From an uncultured virus (IMG/VR IMGVR_UViG_3300016474_001145) (taxonomy: Duplodnaviria; Heunggongvirae; Uroviricota; Caudoviricetes), in IMG/VR virus record IMGVR_UViG_3300016474_001145, positions 1-64,000 of that record: DNA of 64,000 nucleotides. One strand, written 5' to 3'. This document shows, piece after piece, positions 28,003-38,894 of the stretch. Numbering within the stretch: position 1 is the stretch's first letter; each line of letters starts with the position of its first letter. The notes beneath the pieces were generated by a model that was not told the DNA's origin, did not search any database, and saw only the letters and a program-made list of their open reading frames with translations. Both the position numbers and the translations under genes were made by a program.

Positions 28003-28758
28003 ATGTTTATACTTGATAACTTTGTTGTAATGGATTCAATGTATGGCAGATTTATAATTCCCAGACATTATACCCCAGGACCCCCTACCCCAGACCCAGC
28101 ATCAGTTATGCTGCGTACAGGTAAAACTCATATTGAAGATGAAGTACAGACAATTTTGTACTTCATTTCTCGACTACCAGATAATTCTATTATCGTAGAC
28201 GGAGGGGCTAATATGGGATTCTTTACTATACCTGTAGCACAGGCAGTAAAGAACCAGGGCAGCAAAGTTATCTCTTTCGAACCACAAAGGCAAATTTATT
28301 ACGCCCTTTGTGGTTCCTGTGCTTTGAATGAATTAGATAACGTATTTGTTAAGAATTTAGGTTTGGGTGATTCGACGACTACTGCTCAGTTATCAGATGT
28401 AGATTATAGTGATAGAACAGATTTTGGAATGGTCACTATTTCTGAGAATGTGGTAGTTAAAGAACATAGGTTTTTAAGTAATAAAACCGTGGATGTTATT
28501 ACGCTTGATTCTATGGAGTTACCTTCATTGGAATTTCTCAAACTTGATGTTGAAGGTTATGAATGTCAAGCTTTGCGAGGTGGTCTCAATACTATCTCTA
28601 AGTATCGTCCTATTATTTGGATCGAATATAATATGGCAGGCGAGGACAATATTAAGAAAGAATTGCAGAGTGTACAAAACTATAAGTATATAATTGTTGA
28701 TTGGCAGAATATGCTTTGCATCCCTTCTGAATTGTGCGACAAGTATGGTATAAAATGA
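28003..28758 (+). CDS. FkbM-family methyltransferase
   Basis: VDGGANMG, SFEP, LKLDVEGYE. Confidence 0.85.
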   Translation: MFILDNFVVMDSMYGRFIIPRHYTPGPPTPDPASVMLRTGKTHIEDEVQTILYFISRLPDNSIIVDGGANMGFFTIPVAQAVKNQGSKVISFEPQRQIYYALCGSCALNELDNVFVKNLGLGDSTTTAQLSDVDYSDRTDFGMVTISENVVVKEHRFLSNKTVDVITLDSMELPSLEFLKLDVEGYECQALRGGLNTISKYRPIIWIEYNMAGEDNIKKELQSVQNYKYIIVDWQNMLCIPSELCDKYGIK

Positions 28759-29540
28759 GTAGTCTAGTTCTACATACCCATACAGGATTAGGTGACCATC
28801 TCATTACTAATGGGATGGTCCACGCTTTTGCCGATAGATATGATAAAGTATATGTTATACATCTTAATATGTTTAGGGAGTCTATTGAAGCCTTATACAA
28901 AGGTTTCAATAAAATACAAACAGTATCATTCCCTGATAAAGATATTAATTTGTATCAAAGAGACAAGATATCAGATCTTGCTAGAGATACCAATTCTGAA
29001 CTTATTACTATAGCAGACCCATTTATTCACTATCCTAGAAGATTAGTTTTAGATAAGGATGGTAATCTAGTTGTAGTTAATACCCCTGTAAATTTTGATA
29101 GGCAGTTCTATGAACTAGCAGGCATGCATTTTTCTATTAGATATACTAATTGCAAAATTCCCGATAGTAATAAGCGCTCAAGAGAAATCTATAATGATTT
29201 ATCTAAGGGGAAGGATTATGTATTAGTTCACAATACAAGTAGTCAGAGTAATACAGGTTATCCTCTGGATATGACTAATAGTACCAACTATAAACATTTA
29301 CCTATCATAGAAATTAAACCTGGTATTACTAATAATATATTTGAATTTGTTGATCTAATTAAAAATGCGAAAGAGATACACACTGTAGGTAGTTTCTTTC
29401 ATAACCTAGTAGATTGTATGACAGACTTAACATCTGCTAGATTAATTTTTCATAATATTATGATGAAGCATGAAACTCAAATAAACTGCTTTTGGAATAA
29501 TAACAGATGGATTCAGCTAGATTATGATAGGAAATTTTAA
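28755..29540 (+). CDS. GT9-like glycosyltransferase
   Basis: HTGLGDHLITNG, AKEIH; paralogue at 38884. Confidence 0.5.
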   Translation: MSSLVLHTHTGLGDHLITNGMVHAFADRYDKVYVIHLNMFRESIEALYKGFNKIQTVSFPDKDINLYQRDKISDLARDTNSELITIADPFIHYPRRLVLDKDGNLVVVNTPVNFDRQFYELAGMHFSIRYTNCKIPDSNKRSREIYNDLSKGKDYVLVHNTSSQSNTGYPLDMTNSTNYKHLPIIEIKPGITNNIFEFVDLIKNAKEIHTVGSFFHNLVDCMTDLTSARLIFHNIMMKHETQINCFWNNNRWIQLDYDRKF

Positions 29541-30412
29541 TGAAAAAACTTCGTCTTGGATTTACAGATACACATGAACATTTGTCGATGTTTTTCTATT
29601 CTATTTTATCAACGAGATATGAAATAGAAGTAGATAATGAGAATCCAGAATATTTAATTTTCGGAGATAATAATTTTGGAAATCAAAATCTAAGATACGA
29701 TAAGAATAAAGTAACTAAGATATTCTACACTGGTGAAAATCAAAGACCAGAAAATTATGATTGCCACTATGCTATTTCATTTGATCATAATTATGAATCT
29801 TGGCATTATAGATTACCTTTATTCGTAATTTATATGTGGGCATGGAAACATCTTCATGGTATGAAATACAATATGGATTACATACTGGGTAAAATAGATA
29901 TACAGGAAAAAACATCCTTTGCCTCTTTTGTAGTATCCAATCCAAATTGTAAAGAAAGAAATACCTTTTTTGAGTTACTTAATAAGTATAGTATTGTTGA
30001 CAGTGGCGGCAAGTTATTTAATAATATAAAAGCTAACATCAATGGAGAGCAAGGAAAAATAGATTTCCTAAGTACTAGAAAGTTCAACATTTGTTTTGAA
30101 CCTTTTACTTATCCCGGTTATGTTACTGAAAAAATTATGCATGCGTATTATGCCGGAACAATACCCATTTACTGGGGCAATAAACTTATATCTTCGGATT
30201 TTAATAGAGACTCATTTATTAATGTTCATGATTTCTCATCTTTTGATGATGCTATAGAATATATTATTGAAGTAGATAGTAATAGAGAACTATACGAAAA
30301 GATATTGACTGCACCAAAATTTATAAATAACATCCCGCCTTCATATCTGATACTAGATAATTTTCTAAATTGGTTTGATGCTGTGGTTTATAATAAGATA
30401 TTACAAAGATGA
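29540..30412 (+). CDS. GT10 alpha-1,3-fucosyltransferase-like
   Basis: FYTGEN, SFVVSN, KFNICFE..PGYVTEKI..TIPIYWG. Confidence 0.85.
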   Translation: MKKLRLGFTDTHEHLSMFFYSILSTRYEIEVDNENPEYLIFGDNNFGNQNLRYDKNKVTKIFYTGENQRPENYDCHYAISFDHNYESWHYRLPLFVIYMWAWKHLHGMKYNMDYILGKIDIQEKTSFASFVVSNPNCKERNTFFELLNKYSIVDSGGKLFNNIKANINGEQGKIDFLSTRKFNICFEPFTYPGYVTEKIMHAYYAGTIPIYWGNKLISSDFNRDSFINVHDFSSFDDAIEYIIEVDSNRELYEKILTAPKFINNIPPSYLILDNFLNWFDAVVYNKILQR

Positions 30413-31110
30413 AAATACATACTATAATTTTTAATTGGCGTGGCCAACATAATAAGACATTAGAAAAAATAGAACAATTCAAAGCTATAGGTATTACTCC
30501 TACTGTAATTAATAGCGATGAGGGATTCTTTTTAGATGATTGGTATAATATAGGAGAGGAATCTTATTTCACTGCGCAATTCTTAAAGGCTATTGAGGTT
30601 TTTGATGGCGACGTACTTTTTCATATCCAAGGTGACGCATCCTATGATAACTGGGAAAAACTTATCGAGGATGCAAAAAAATACTATGATGAATATAAAT
30701 GGGGCATCTTTGCTCCAAACATAGATTATACTTGGTATGATTCGTCAAGAACAGATTTGCCATTTACTGTAGATGATACTCCATTGAAAATGGTTGCTAC
30801 TCCCGATTGCACTTGTTGGTTTATTCATAAAGATATTATAGATGAAGCTAAGAAAAGACAAGTTAACTTTGCCCCATATAAATGGGGATGGAGTTTTGAT
30901 TTAGTTTATTCTTCGTTATCACATATGATGAAAAGACCCGTTCTTCGCGATTATTCTCATACTGTAGATCATCCAGTCGGGACTAATTATGCGAAGGATG
31001 AAGCAGAAAAAGAAATGATAGAATTATTTAAATCATTGCCTGTTGATATTCAAGAAGCATTTGCATATATCAAAAGTGACAGAACCAATCTAACTAAATA
31101 CTATATGTGA
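30409..31110 (+). CDS. Putative GT-A glycosyltransferase
   Basis: HIQGD, GWSFD, DHP; context. Confidence 0.45.
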   Translation: MKIHTIIFNWRGQHNKTLEKIEQFKAIGITPTVINSDEGFFLDDWYNIGEESYFTAQFLKAIEVFDGDVLFHIQGDASYDNWEKLIEDAKKYYDEYKWGIFAPNIDYTWYDSSRTDLPFTVDDTPLKMVATPDCTCWFIHKDIIDEAKKRQVNFAPYKWGWSFDLVYSSLSHMMKRPVLRDYSHTVDHPVGTNYAKDEAEKEMIELFKSLPVDIQEAFAYIKSDRTNLTKYYM

Positions 31111-31111
31111 T

Positions 31112-32026
31112 ATGCTAATTGATTTTCATCAGACAAATGAGCTAATAAAGAATACTATCGTTAAGGGTCAACCAGCATCTATTCTTCGTATAGACAATAC
31201 TGCTGGATATATTATCGAATGTATATTAAAAAACGAATATCCGAACAATAGTTTTTTTAATGAGAATACGCTGCTTGAAGCGGGTATTTTTCCAGCATCT
31301 TTAGATTATGCATATAAAAGAATTTATCCATTGACAATAAAACTAATGATTAGTTCGGATATTTTAGGGTTTGTGGATGTAGCTAATTCGGTTTCATCTA
31401 ACCCAATTTTTAATCAATTATTTTTAGATAAACCTGTATTCTCTAATTCATCGGTATTAGTGTTGGACCCTGGCGCATTATTGAATTATTCCGACCAATA
31501 TGAGTGCACTGACCCATGGACAAAATATTTAAAAGACAAACGAGTTTTAGTTATCTCCACGCATGCTGAATCAATTAAACAGCAATGGAATAATATAGAC
31601 AAGATATGGGGAAGTAAAAGAGAGCTTATATCACCATTTGAATTAGTGGATGTTATTAGATCTCCATACCATCCTAATATGGATGATAGAATGTATCCTA
31701 ATTGTAATAATTGGGAGGATAGTGTTGAGTATATTAAAGATTTGATGAGTAATTATGATTATGATATACTATTAACTGGGTCAACTACATCTTCGCCCTT
31801 TTATGCTCAGCATGCTAAGGACATGGGTAAAATAGGAATACAGACAGGTGGTTCTATTCAATTATTTTTTGGGGTATTGGGATATAGATGGACTCACAAT
31901 CCTAGTTGGTTTCACAATAAGATGTTTAATGAGCATTGGATCTATCCTTTGGAAATAGATGAGGCCAAAAATAGAACTAAAGTATTACATTTAGAAAGTA
32001 ATTATGCATATTGGGGTAAAAAATGA
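31112..32026 (+). CDS. Hypothetical glycan-related protein
   Basis: KRVLVIS, IQTGGSIQLFFG..RW pattern; context only. Confidence 0.45.
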   Translation: MLIDFHQTNELIKNTIVKGQPASILRIDNTAGYIIECILKNEYPNNSFFNENTLLEAGIFPASLDYAYKRIYPLTIKLMISSDILGFVDVANSVSSNPIFNQLFLDKPVFSNSSVLVLDPGALLNYSDQYECTDPWTKYLKDKRVLVISTHAESIKQQWNNIDKIWGSKRELISPFELVDVIRSPYHPNMDDRMYPNCNNWEDSVEYIKDLMSNYDYDILLTGSTTSSPFYAQHAKDMGKIGIQTGGSIQLFFGVLGYRWTHNPSWFHNKMFNEHWIYPLEIDEAKNRTKVLHLESNYAYWGKK

Positions 32027-32718
32027 CTACTATTCCTCGTCCTTTTCCGGCATCGAATAACGAATTAAACTATAATATTACTCAAAAATATCTAAATTAT
32101 AGAAACGGTATCTTTGTAGAGGCAGGGGCTGCTGATGGGTTTCATCAAAGTAATACTTGGAATCTAGAATACTATAAAAATTGGAAAGGGATACTCGTTG
32201 AGCCAAATCCAAATGCTTATAAGATATGTTTAGAGAGCAGACCTAGTTCTATCGTATACAATTGTGCTTTAGTAGATCATGGTTATAAGGATTCTGAAGT
32301 AGAAATTCATCAAAGAATAGTGTTTGAAGGTGACCCAGGTCTTATGAGCACAGCATCATTCAGCCCATTAAATGAACATCAAGACTGGAAACAATTTGAC
32401 ATAAAAAATAAACATAGGATACCTGCAAGAACTTTAGATTCTATTTTAACAGAAAACAATATTAGATTTTTAGATTTTCTATCATTAGATGTGGAAGGTC
32501 TTGAATATAATATACTTAAGGGATTTTCTATTGATAGATATATTCCGAAAATAGTCAGTATTGAATGTCATACTGATGTGAAAGAAATTATGGATTATAT
32601 GGATCAGACACATGAGTTACTAGAAATACTCGGGGGGTTTGATTATATTTTTCGTTTGAAATATTACCCATATGGTTTAGCTAGAGATTTAGCAGAAAAT
32701 GAAACAAACAATAATTGA
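32023..32718 (+). CDS. FkbM-family methyltransferase
   Basis: FVEAGAADG..SNT, GILVEP, LSLDVEG. Confidence 0.85.
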   Translation: MTTIPRPFPASNNELNYNITQKYLNYRNGIFVEAGAADGFHQSNTWNLEYYKNWKGILVEPNPNAYKICLESRPSSIVYNCALVDHGYKDSEVEIHQRIVFEGDPGLMSTASFSPLNEHQDWKQFDIKNKHRIPARTLDSILTENNIRFLDFLSLDVEGLEYNILKGFSIDRYIPKIVSIECHTDVKEIMDYMDQTHELLEILGGFDYIFRLKYYPYGLARDLAENETNNN

Positions 32719-34018
32719 TAGTGTATCTCAGTACTTTAGAGAAAAGCAAAGTAATAAAAAATGGGAAGCAGGTAAAGACTTTGTAAACTATGCTGGCCCG
32801 TTTTTTGATGATAAAGAATATGCCTCAGTAATGGATTCATTACTTGATGGTTGGTTGGTGATGGGATCAAAGTGTATTGATTTTGAAAAAAAATTTCCAA
32901 AGCAGTTAGATAAGAATTTCGGTGTTCTTACTAATTCAGGATCTAGTTCTAATTTGCTCATGATGGCAGCATTGACATCTAAGAGAACTTTTAATTTTAA
33001 ACCCGGAACTCCTGTACTAGTACCAATTGCTGGTTTCCCAACTACGTTTAATCCCATTGTACAACTTGGATTTAAACCTATATTTCTTGATATTGAATTA
33101 GATACTTTAAATTTAGATTTAACTAAAGCAGAAGATTTAATTAAAGAACATGATATTAAAATTGTAACCTTTGCACACGTATTAGGCAATCCTCCTAATA
33201 TGGATTGGTTAATGGATATAGTTAAAAAATATGATCTGATTCTTTTAGAAGATTGCTGTGATGCCTTAGGAACTACATATGAAGGAAAAGCACTTGGCTC
33301 ATTTGGTATTATGGCTACTTGTTCTTTCTATCCTGCTCATCATATAACGATGGGTGAGGGAGGATTCGTAGCTTGCAATACTTATGATTTAGAAGTAGTA
33401 TTACGCTCTTTCAGAGAATGGGGTAGAGGTTGTTATTGCGTAGGACCTGAAGCAAATAAATTAAAATGTGGTTCCTGTGGTAAAAGATTCAGCGAATGGG
33501 TCCCTTGCATGCAAGGAGAAATTTTTGATCATAAGTATGTGTATGATGAAATAGGTTATAATCTCAAACCAATAGAAATTCAAGGTGCTATGGGTTTAGT
33601 GCAATTATCTAAATTAGATACAATACATTCTCTTCGTAAAAGAAATTACAATTTGTTGTTTAATATATACGAGAAGTATGAGGAATTTTTTCACTTACCT
33701 AGAGCAAGAGCAAAGGCAGATCCCAGTTGGTTTGCTTTTCCTTTGACCATTAAGGACGGTGCACCATTTAAAAGAAACGATTTTGTAGATTACTTAGAAG
33801 AAAATTTAATTCAAACGCGACCATATTTTGCCGGCAATCTAATGTTGCAACCTGCATATTCCCATTTAATGAATCCCGAGGATGCAAAGAATAATTTTCC
33901 AGTGGCAACTAAAGTAATGAAGGACACATTCTTCCATGGAACTAGTCCAGTAATTACCCCAGAACAAATAGAATATATTGGTTATACTGTAGATAATTTT
34001 ATGAGTTTATTTAAATGA
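32699..34018 (+). CDS. rfbH: NDP-4-keto-6-deoxyhexose 3-dehydrase (DdhC/RfbH-like, PMP-dependent)
   Basis: NSGSSSNL, EDCCDALG, SFYPAHHITMGEGG (His at PLP-Lys position), WGRGCYC, DHKYVY. Confidence 0.9.
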   Translation: MKQTIIDSVSQYFREKQSNKKWEAGKDFVNYAGPFFDDKEYASVMDSLLDGWLVMGSKCIDFEKKFPKQLDKNFGVLTNSGSSSNLLMMAALTSKRTFNFKPGTPVLVPIAGFPTTFNPIVQLGFKPIFLDIELDTLNLDLTKAEDLIKEHDIKIVTFAHVLGNPPNMDWLMDIVKKYDLILLEDCCDALGTTYEGKALGSFGIMATCSFYPAHHITMGEGGFVACNTYDLEVVLRSFREWGRGCYCVGPEANKLKCGSCGKRFSEWVPCMQGEIFDHKYVYDEIGYNLKPIEIQGAMGLVQLSKLDTIHSLRKRNYNLLFNIYEKYEEFFHLPRARAKADPSWFAFPLTIKDGAPFKRNDFVDYLEENLIQTRPYFAGNLMLQPAYSHLMNPEDAKNNFPVATKVMKDTFFHGTSPVITPEQIEYIGYTVDNFMSLFK

Positions 34019-35043
34019 GAGTATGCGATTTCATAGCATCATACCTTTATGATTACGGTATTCGTAATGTATATGGTTTAATGGGTGGCGGAGCTTCTGG
34101 TCTTAATGATGGATTTATTAAACACGGTAAAATAGAATATGTTTGTTTTCATCATGAACAGGGTGCAGGTTATGCAGGATATGCTGAAGCTAAATCAACA
34201 AATAGGTTATCTGTAGTGAACCCCACTACAGGATGCGGTGGCACAAATTGTATGACACCTTTACTAAACAGTTGGCAGGATGGGGCACCTGTACTATTTT
34301 TATCTGGCAATGTTAGATTATCACATACAAGCAATTATATTAATAAGACTAAGAAAGTTAATATACGAAAGTATGGTGTTCAAGAACATGACATTACTAA
34401 TAATGTAAAAACTATTACAAAATATTCAGTAGTTGTAGAAAAACCAGATAGAGTAAAATACGAATTACAAAAAGCAATCTATATTGCAACTGATGGAAGA
34501 CCTGGTCCGGTATGGATAGACATTCCAAGTGACGTGCAGACTGCAGAAATGCCAAAAGATTGTGAGGAATTTATTCCAGAGAACAAGTATAACTATTCAA
34601 CAATAGTATATAATTCTTTTTTAGATTATTTTAACCATAGTAATAAACCTATTATTTTGGCAGGGAATGGCATTCATCTTAGTGATACTAGAGAAGTATT
34701 TAAAGATTTTATTGAGTATCATAATATTCCGTATGTCTCATCATATCTTGGTAGAGATATTATTGAATATGAACATCCCTTGAATTTGGGTGCCATAGGT
34801 ATTAAAGGAACACGGGCAGCAAATTTTGCTATGCATTATTGTGATCTACTTCTTATACTTGGTTGTTCATTGAATGCTACACATATGGGATATGATGAGA
34901 AACAATTTTCTCCATACTCAATTAAGATTATGATAGACATTGACACAAACGAAACATCTAAGTCTATAATAGATTTGAATAGAATTTACAACATTGATTT
35001 ACGGAGATTCTTTGATGAGTATAAGCACAGAAAAACAAAATAA
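34015..35043 (+). CDS. TPP-dependent acetolactate-synthase-like enzyme, N-terminal + middle domains (YerE-like)
   Basis: HHEQGAG, TGCGGTN, GRPGPVWIDIP, RAANF. Confidence 0.8.
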   Translation: MRVCDFIASYLYDYGIRNVYGLMGGGASGLNDGFIKHGKIEYVCFHHEQGAGYAGYAEAKSTNRLSVVNPTTGCGGTNCMTPLLNSWQDGAPVLFLSGNVRLSHTSNYINKTKKVNIRKYGVQEHDITNNVKTITKYSVVVEKPDRVKYELQKAIYIATDGRPGPVWIDIPSDVQTAEMPKDCEEFIPENKYNYSTIVYNSFLDYFNHSNKPIILAGNGIHLSDTREVFKDFIEYHNIPYVSSYLGRDIIEYEHPLNLGAIGIKGTRAANFAMHYCDLLLILGCSLNATHMGYDEKQFSPYSIKIMIDIDTNETSKSIIDLNRIYNIDLRRFFDEYKHRKTK

Positions 35044-35788
35044 GTGGGCTAATATTTGCAAAGAATGGAAAGATAAATGGCCGGTGTTTACTGACGATTA
35101 TAATGATGGTGTATATGGATTAAACATCTATAGTTTCATAGAGGGATTAAATTCTGCTATGACTGATAAACATATAGTTGTTACTGACGCAGGATCTCCT
35201 TCATACGCATTGCCTCAAAACTTAAAATGCAAATCTAATCAAAGATTTATTTTCTCTGCTTCACAAGCAGATATGGGATTTTCTGTACCTGGGTCTATTG
35301 GAGTAGCAAAGGCTAATCCGAATAAACATATTATTGTGGTAACAGGTGACGGAAGTTTCAATACTAATCTTCAAGAATTATCTGTAATCAAGAGTCACAA
35401 TTTACCTATTACTATTTTTGTATTGGATAATAACGGATATTTAAGTATTAAAAATACACAAAAGAAATTCTTTGAGAATAGAGTATATGGAGTAAGTCCA
35501 ACGTCAGGTATAGTATTTGCTGATCTATTAAAGGTAAGTAAATTATACGGCTTAGAGTTTTTCTTTTTACACAATAAAAAATCATTAATAGATGATATTA
35601 ACTTTTGTATCAGCAATCCATTGCCTAGAATAGTTAAAGTTAGGTGTTTAGAGGAACAAGAGATTGTTCCAACACAAATGTTTAAAGAAGTTAATGGTAA
35701 AAGAATACAACCGGGTTTAGATGATATGTATCCGTTTTTAACAGAAAAAGAATATTTACGAGAAAGAAAGAAAGCTCTTACTGTATGA
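35015..35788 (+). CDS. TPP-dependent enzyme, C-terminal TPP-binding domain
   Basis: MGFSVP, GDGSF...NNGY motif; own GGAG RBS. Confidence 0.8.
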   Translation: MSISTEKQNKWANICKEWKDKWPVFTDDYNDGVYGLNIYSFIEGLNSAMTDKHIVVTDAGSPSYALPQNLKCKSNQRFIFSASQADMGFSVPGSIGVAKANPNKHIIVVTGDGSFNTNLQELSVIKSHNLPITIFVLDNNGYLSIKNTQKKFFENRVYGVSPTSGIVFADLLKVSKLYGLEFFFLHNKKSLIDDINFCISNPLPRIVKVRCLEEQEIVPTQMFKEVNGKRIQPGLDDMYPFLTEKEYLRERKKALTV

Positions 35789-36585
35789 AAATTATGGTAC
35801 TTGGTGGGTCGGGATTTATAGGATCGCACCTGACTAATTATCTAGTATCAACTCGACATCATGTTCTAAATGTGAATAGGCAGATTGATATATTAAAGCA
35901 AGATGTTTTATATACTTATATCAAAGAACGAACGCCAGATGTAGTAATAAACTGTATTAGTTTTGGAGGCAAAGAAAATCTTCATAGTGATAAACTACAT
36001 TATGCTGCAAATAATCTAGAACTTTTTACAAATATTCTAAGATCATCTAAGTATTTTAAAAAGTTTATAAATATAGCATCGGGATCGGAAATAGTAGATT
36101 TCAACTATGTGCAAGAAGATTGGATATGGAAAGACTGCCCCACAAATAGCTCTTATGCTATGTCAAAAAATATCATAGCTAGAATATGCGAAAGTTTTGA
36201 TCACTTTTACACACTTAGATTATTTGGTTGTTTTGGTCGAGGAGAACCTAATTTTAGAATTTTTAGTAAGTATAAAAACTCTATTGTAGATAATACTATA
36301 ATAGAATTACGAAATAAGTATTTTGATAATTTTTTCGTTGAGGATTTTTGTACTGTTGTTGATCACTTTGTTAGTTATAATCCTATGATAAAAGATATTA
36401 ACTGTGTCTATAACGAAAAACTTACATTAAGTAAACAACTTGATCTAATGTCATCTATTCACGGCTGGAAAACTAATTATACAATTGTAGGCACTGATAA
36501 AAATTACACGGGCAATTCTGATAATTTGGATTCTCTGAATCTAGATTTGAAAGGATTAGAATATGGGTTGAGAACTTATAAATGA
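35785..36585 (+). CDS. NAD-dependent sugar epimerase/reductase
   Basis: GGSGFIG, YAMSK, LRLFGCFG. Confidence 0.8.
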   Translation: MKIMVLGGSGFIGSHLTNYLVSTRHHVLNVNRQIDILKQDVLYTYIKERTPDVVINCISFGGKENLHSDKLHYAANNLELFTNILRSSKYFKKFINIASGSEIVDFNYVQEDWIWKDCPTNSSYAMSKNIIARICESFDHFYTLRLFGCFGRGEPNFRIFSKYKNSIVDNTIIELRNKYFDNFFVEDFCTVVDHFVSYNPMIKDINCVYNEKLTLSKQLDLMSSIHGWKTNYTIVGTDKNYTGNSDNLDSLNLDLKGLEYGLRTYK

Positions 36586-37535
36586 AAAAAGTTGTTTATG
36601 TAACAGGTTGCTTGGGATTTATAGGATACCATGTAACAAAAGCGTGTCTTGATAAGGGCTGGTATGTTTACGGCATAGACAAATGCACTTATGCTGCTAA
36701 TGTGAATCTATTAGAAGACCTTAGACACTATGGTGATAATTTCAAATTCGTCGTCGAGGACATCAATGATATAACACGTTTATATGATTGTGATTATATA
36801 ATTAATACTGCCGCAGAAACACATGTAGATAACAGTATAGAAAGCTCTGATGTATTTCTAAAAAGTAATGTTAATGGTGTTCATCGTTTACTCGAACTAA
36901 TTAAATCCAAACCTAAATCAAGAAGACCCATATTGTTACATTTTAGTACAGACGAGGTGTATGGTGATTTAGATGATGGTTATCATACAGAAACAGATTT
37001 ACTCAAGCCAAGTAATCCTTATTCTGCAACTAAGGCAGCGGCTGACATGTTAATTTTGGCCTGGGCTCGCACCTATGATATTCCATATATTATTGTTCGG
37101 CCTACAAACAATTATGGTATAGGTCAGTATGTAGAAAAGTTTATTCCAAAAGCTATCAAAAATTTATCATTGGGTAAAAAGATAGTGATGCATGACAAAG
37201 GTTTGCCGAAAAGAACTTGGTTACATGTTTCGGATACTGCTTCAGCTATTATTACAATAATAGAAAAATCAGTGAGGAATGAAATTTATAACATTTCTGG
37301 TAATACAGAAAGACAAAACATAGATGTGGCGCAAAGTATACTTCAGCATTTTTATAAAAATACAGTGTTTACCCTACAAGAAAATTTTGATTTTTCCGAA
37401 GTCAGACCTGGTCAAGATGTTCGATATGCCATAGATGATACAAAATTAAAACAATTAGGTTGGGGACCAAAAGCTGATTTTAATTTAGAATTAGCTAATA
37501 TTGTAGATTGGTATAGAGGCAAATTCATATGGTGA
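36582..37535 (+). CDS. rmlB: dTDP-glucose 4,6-dehydratase-like
   Basis: AAETHVD, STDEVYG, PYSATKA, NNYG, RPGQDVRY. Confidence 0.9.
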   Translation: MKKVVYVTGCLGFIGYHVTKACLDKGWYVYGIDKCTYAANVNLLEDLRHYGDNFKFVVEDINDITRLYDCDYIINTAAETHVDNSIESSDVFLKSNVNGVHRLLELIKSKPKSRRPILLHFSTDEVYGDLDDGYHTETDLLKPSNPYSATKAAADMLILAWARTYDIPYIIVRPTNNYGIGQYVEKFIPKAIKNLSLGKKIVMHDKGLPKRTWLHVSDTASAIITIIEKSVRNEIYNISGNTERQNIDVAQSILQHFYKNTVFTLQENFDFSEVRPGQDVRYAIDDTKLKQLGWGPKADFNLELANIVDWYRGKFIW

Positions 37536-38173
37536 AGTCATTTACTTTTAGTTTGTGGGGAGACAATCCTAAGTATGGAATAGGCGCTATTCGTAATGCA
37601 CAACTTGCACTAAAACTATTTCCAGAATGGAACTGTATTTTTTATTATGATAATACTGTACCTAAATTCTATATTAATATCTTGAAAGAATTTAGTAATA
37701 CATCATTAGTTAAGGTGGAGGATAATTCTTTTGGAGCATTCTGGAGATTCGAAAATATGTTTGAAACTGGAGATGTTATCTTATCCAGAGATACAGATTC
37801 TAGATTAAGCATGCGAGAAAAAATTTTAATTGACAACTGGCTTGAAACCAATTATAATTTTATGGTTATAAGAGATCATCATAACCATTACGAATTTCCT
37901 ATATTAGCTGGTATGTGGGGTAAAAAGAACACTGTTATACCGAGACCAATAAAAGAAGTAATGAACGAATTTAGATTTGTCAAACAATATACTATTGATC
38001 AAATTTTTCTTCGAGATGTTTTATGGCAACATATTATGGCACAAACTGCCATCTATGGAGTAAAAGAATTAGCTTGGATGAGAGAAACATATGATTTCGA
38101 AGGCAAGAATTTTATTGGCCAAACTTATGATGAAAATGATACCCCGATTTATGAAGGTAAAATAGATGGATAA
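37529..38173 (+). CDS. Putative glycosyltransferase-like protein
   Basis: SFSLWG, SRDTDSR (DxD), RDH, AGMWG, DQIFL. Confidence 0.5.
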   Translation: MVKSFTFSLWGDNPKYGIGAIRNAQLALKLFPEWNCIFYYDNTVPKFYINILKEFSNTSLVKVEDNSFGAFWRFENMFETGDVILSRDTDSRLSMREKILIDNWLETNYNFMVIRDHHNHYEFPILAGMWGKKNTVIPRPIKEVMNEFRFVKQYTIDQIFLRDVLWQHIMAQTAIYGVKELAWMRETYDFEGKNFIGQTYDENDTPIYEGKIDG

Positions 38174-38894
38174 GCCATTAGTTACAATTATTACTGCTAC
38201 TACTGGTTCTCAGTTATTACAGCAAAATCTTTCTTCCATCAAAGATCAAACATATAAAAATATTCAGCATTTAGTTGTTGTGGATGGAGTACAACATAAA
38301 GATAAAGCAACAAGATTTATTACCAATCAAGACGTTATAGTTTTACCTTATGCTACAGGTATTGAGCAATATAATGGACATCGAATCTATGGTGGATGTA
38401 CCTACTTTGCTAGAGGCGATTTTATCACATACCTAGATGAGGACAACTGGGCAGATCCAGAACATATTGAGTCTCTTGTGAATAGTATCAATGCTGATAA
38501 AAATAAATGGGCATATTCATTAAGAAAAATTGTAGATCAATCAGGAAAATTTATATGTAATGATGATTGTGAAAATCTTGGCAAATGGAAATCTATACTA
38601 AATGATAATTTTGTAGATGTAAATTGTTATTTCTTTCCAAGAAACATTGCATTACAATTAACTCCTTTGTGGTATCGAAGAGCAAGACATCCCGACGATC
38701 AACCTGAAGTAGATAGAATAATTAGTCATACTTTATTCAGCAATGAATTAGAATGTGAAACTAATGGTTTATACTCAGTAAATTACAGAGCAGGCAATAG
38801 AGCAGATTCAGTTCAATTAGATTTTTTTATAAACGGGAATCAGATTGCTTATAAAGCATATAATGGATATCCGTGGAGAAGAAATGGTACCTAA
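38166..38894 (+). CDS. GT2 glycosyltransferase
   Basis: VTIITAT, VVVDG, YLDEDN. Confidence 0.8.
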   Translation: MDKPLVTIITATTGSQLLQQNLSSIKDQTYKNIQHLVVVDGVQHKDKATRFITNQDVIVLPYATGIEQYNGHRIYGGCTYFARGDFITYLDEDNWADPEHIESLVNSINADKNKWAYSLRKIVDQSGKFICNDDCENLGKWKSILNDNFVDVNCYFFPRNIALQLTPLWYRRARHPDDQPEVDRIISHTLFSNELECETNGLYSVNYRAGNRADSVQLDFFINGNQIAYKAYNGYPWRRNGT

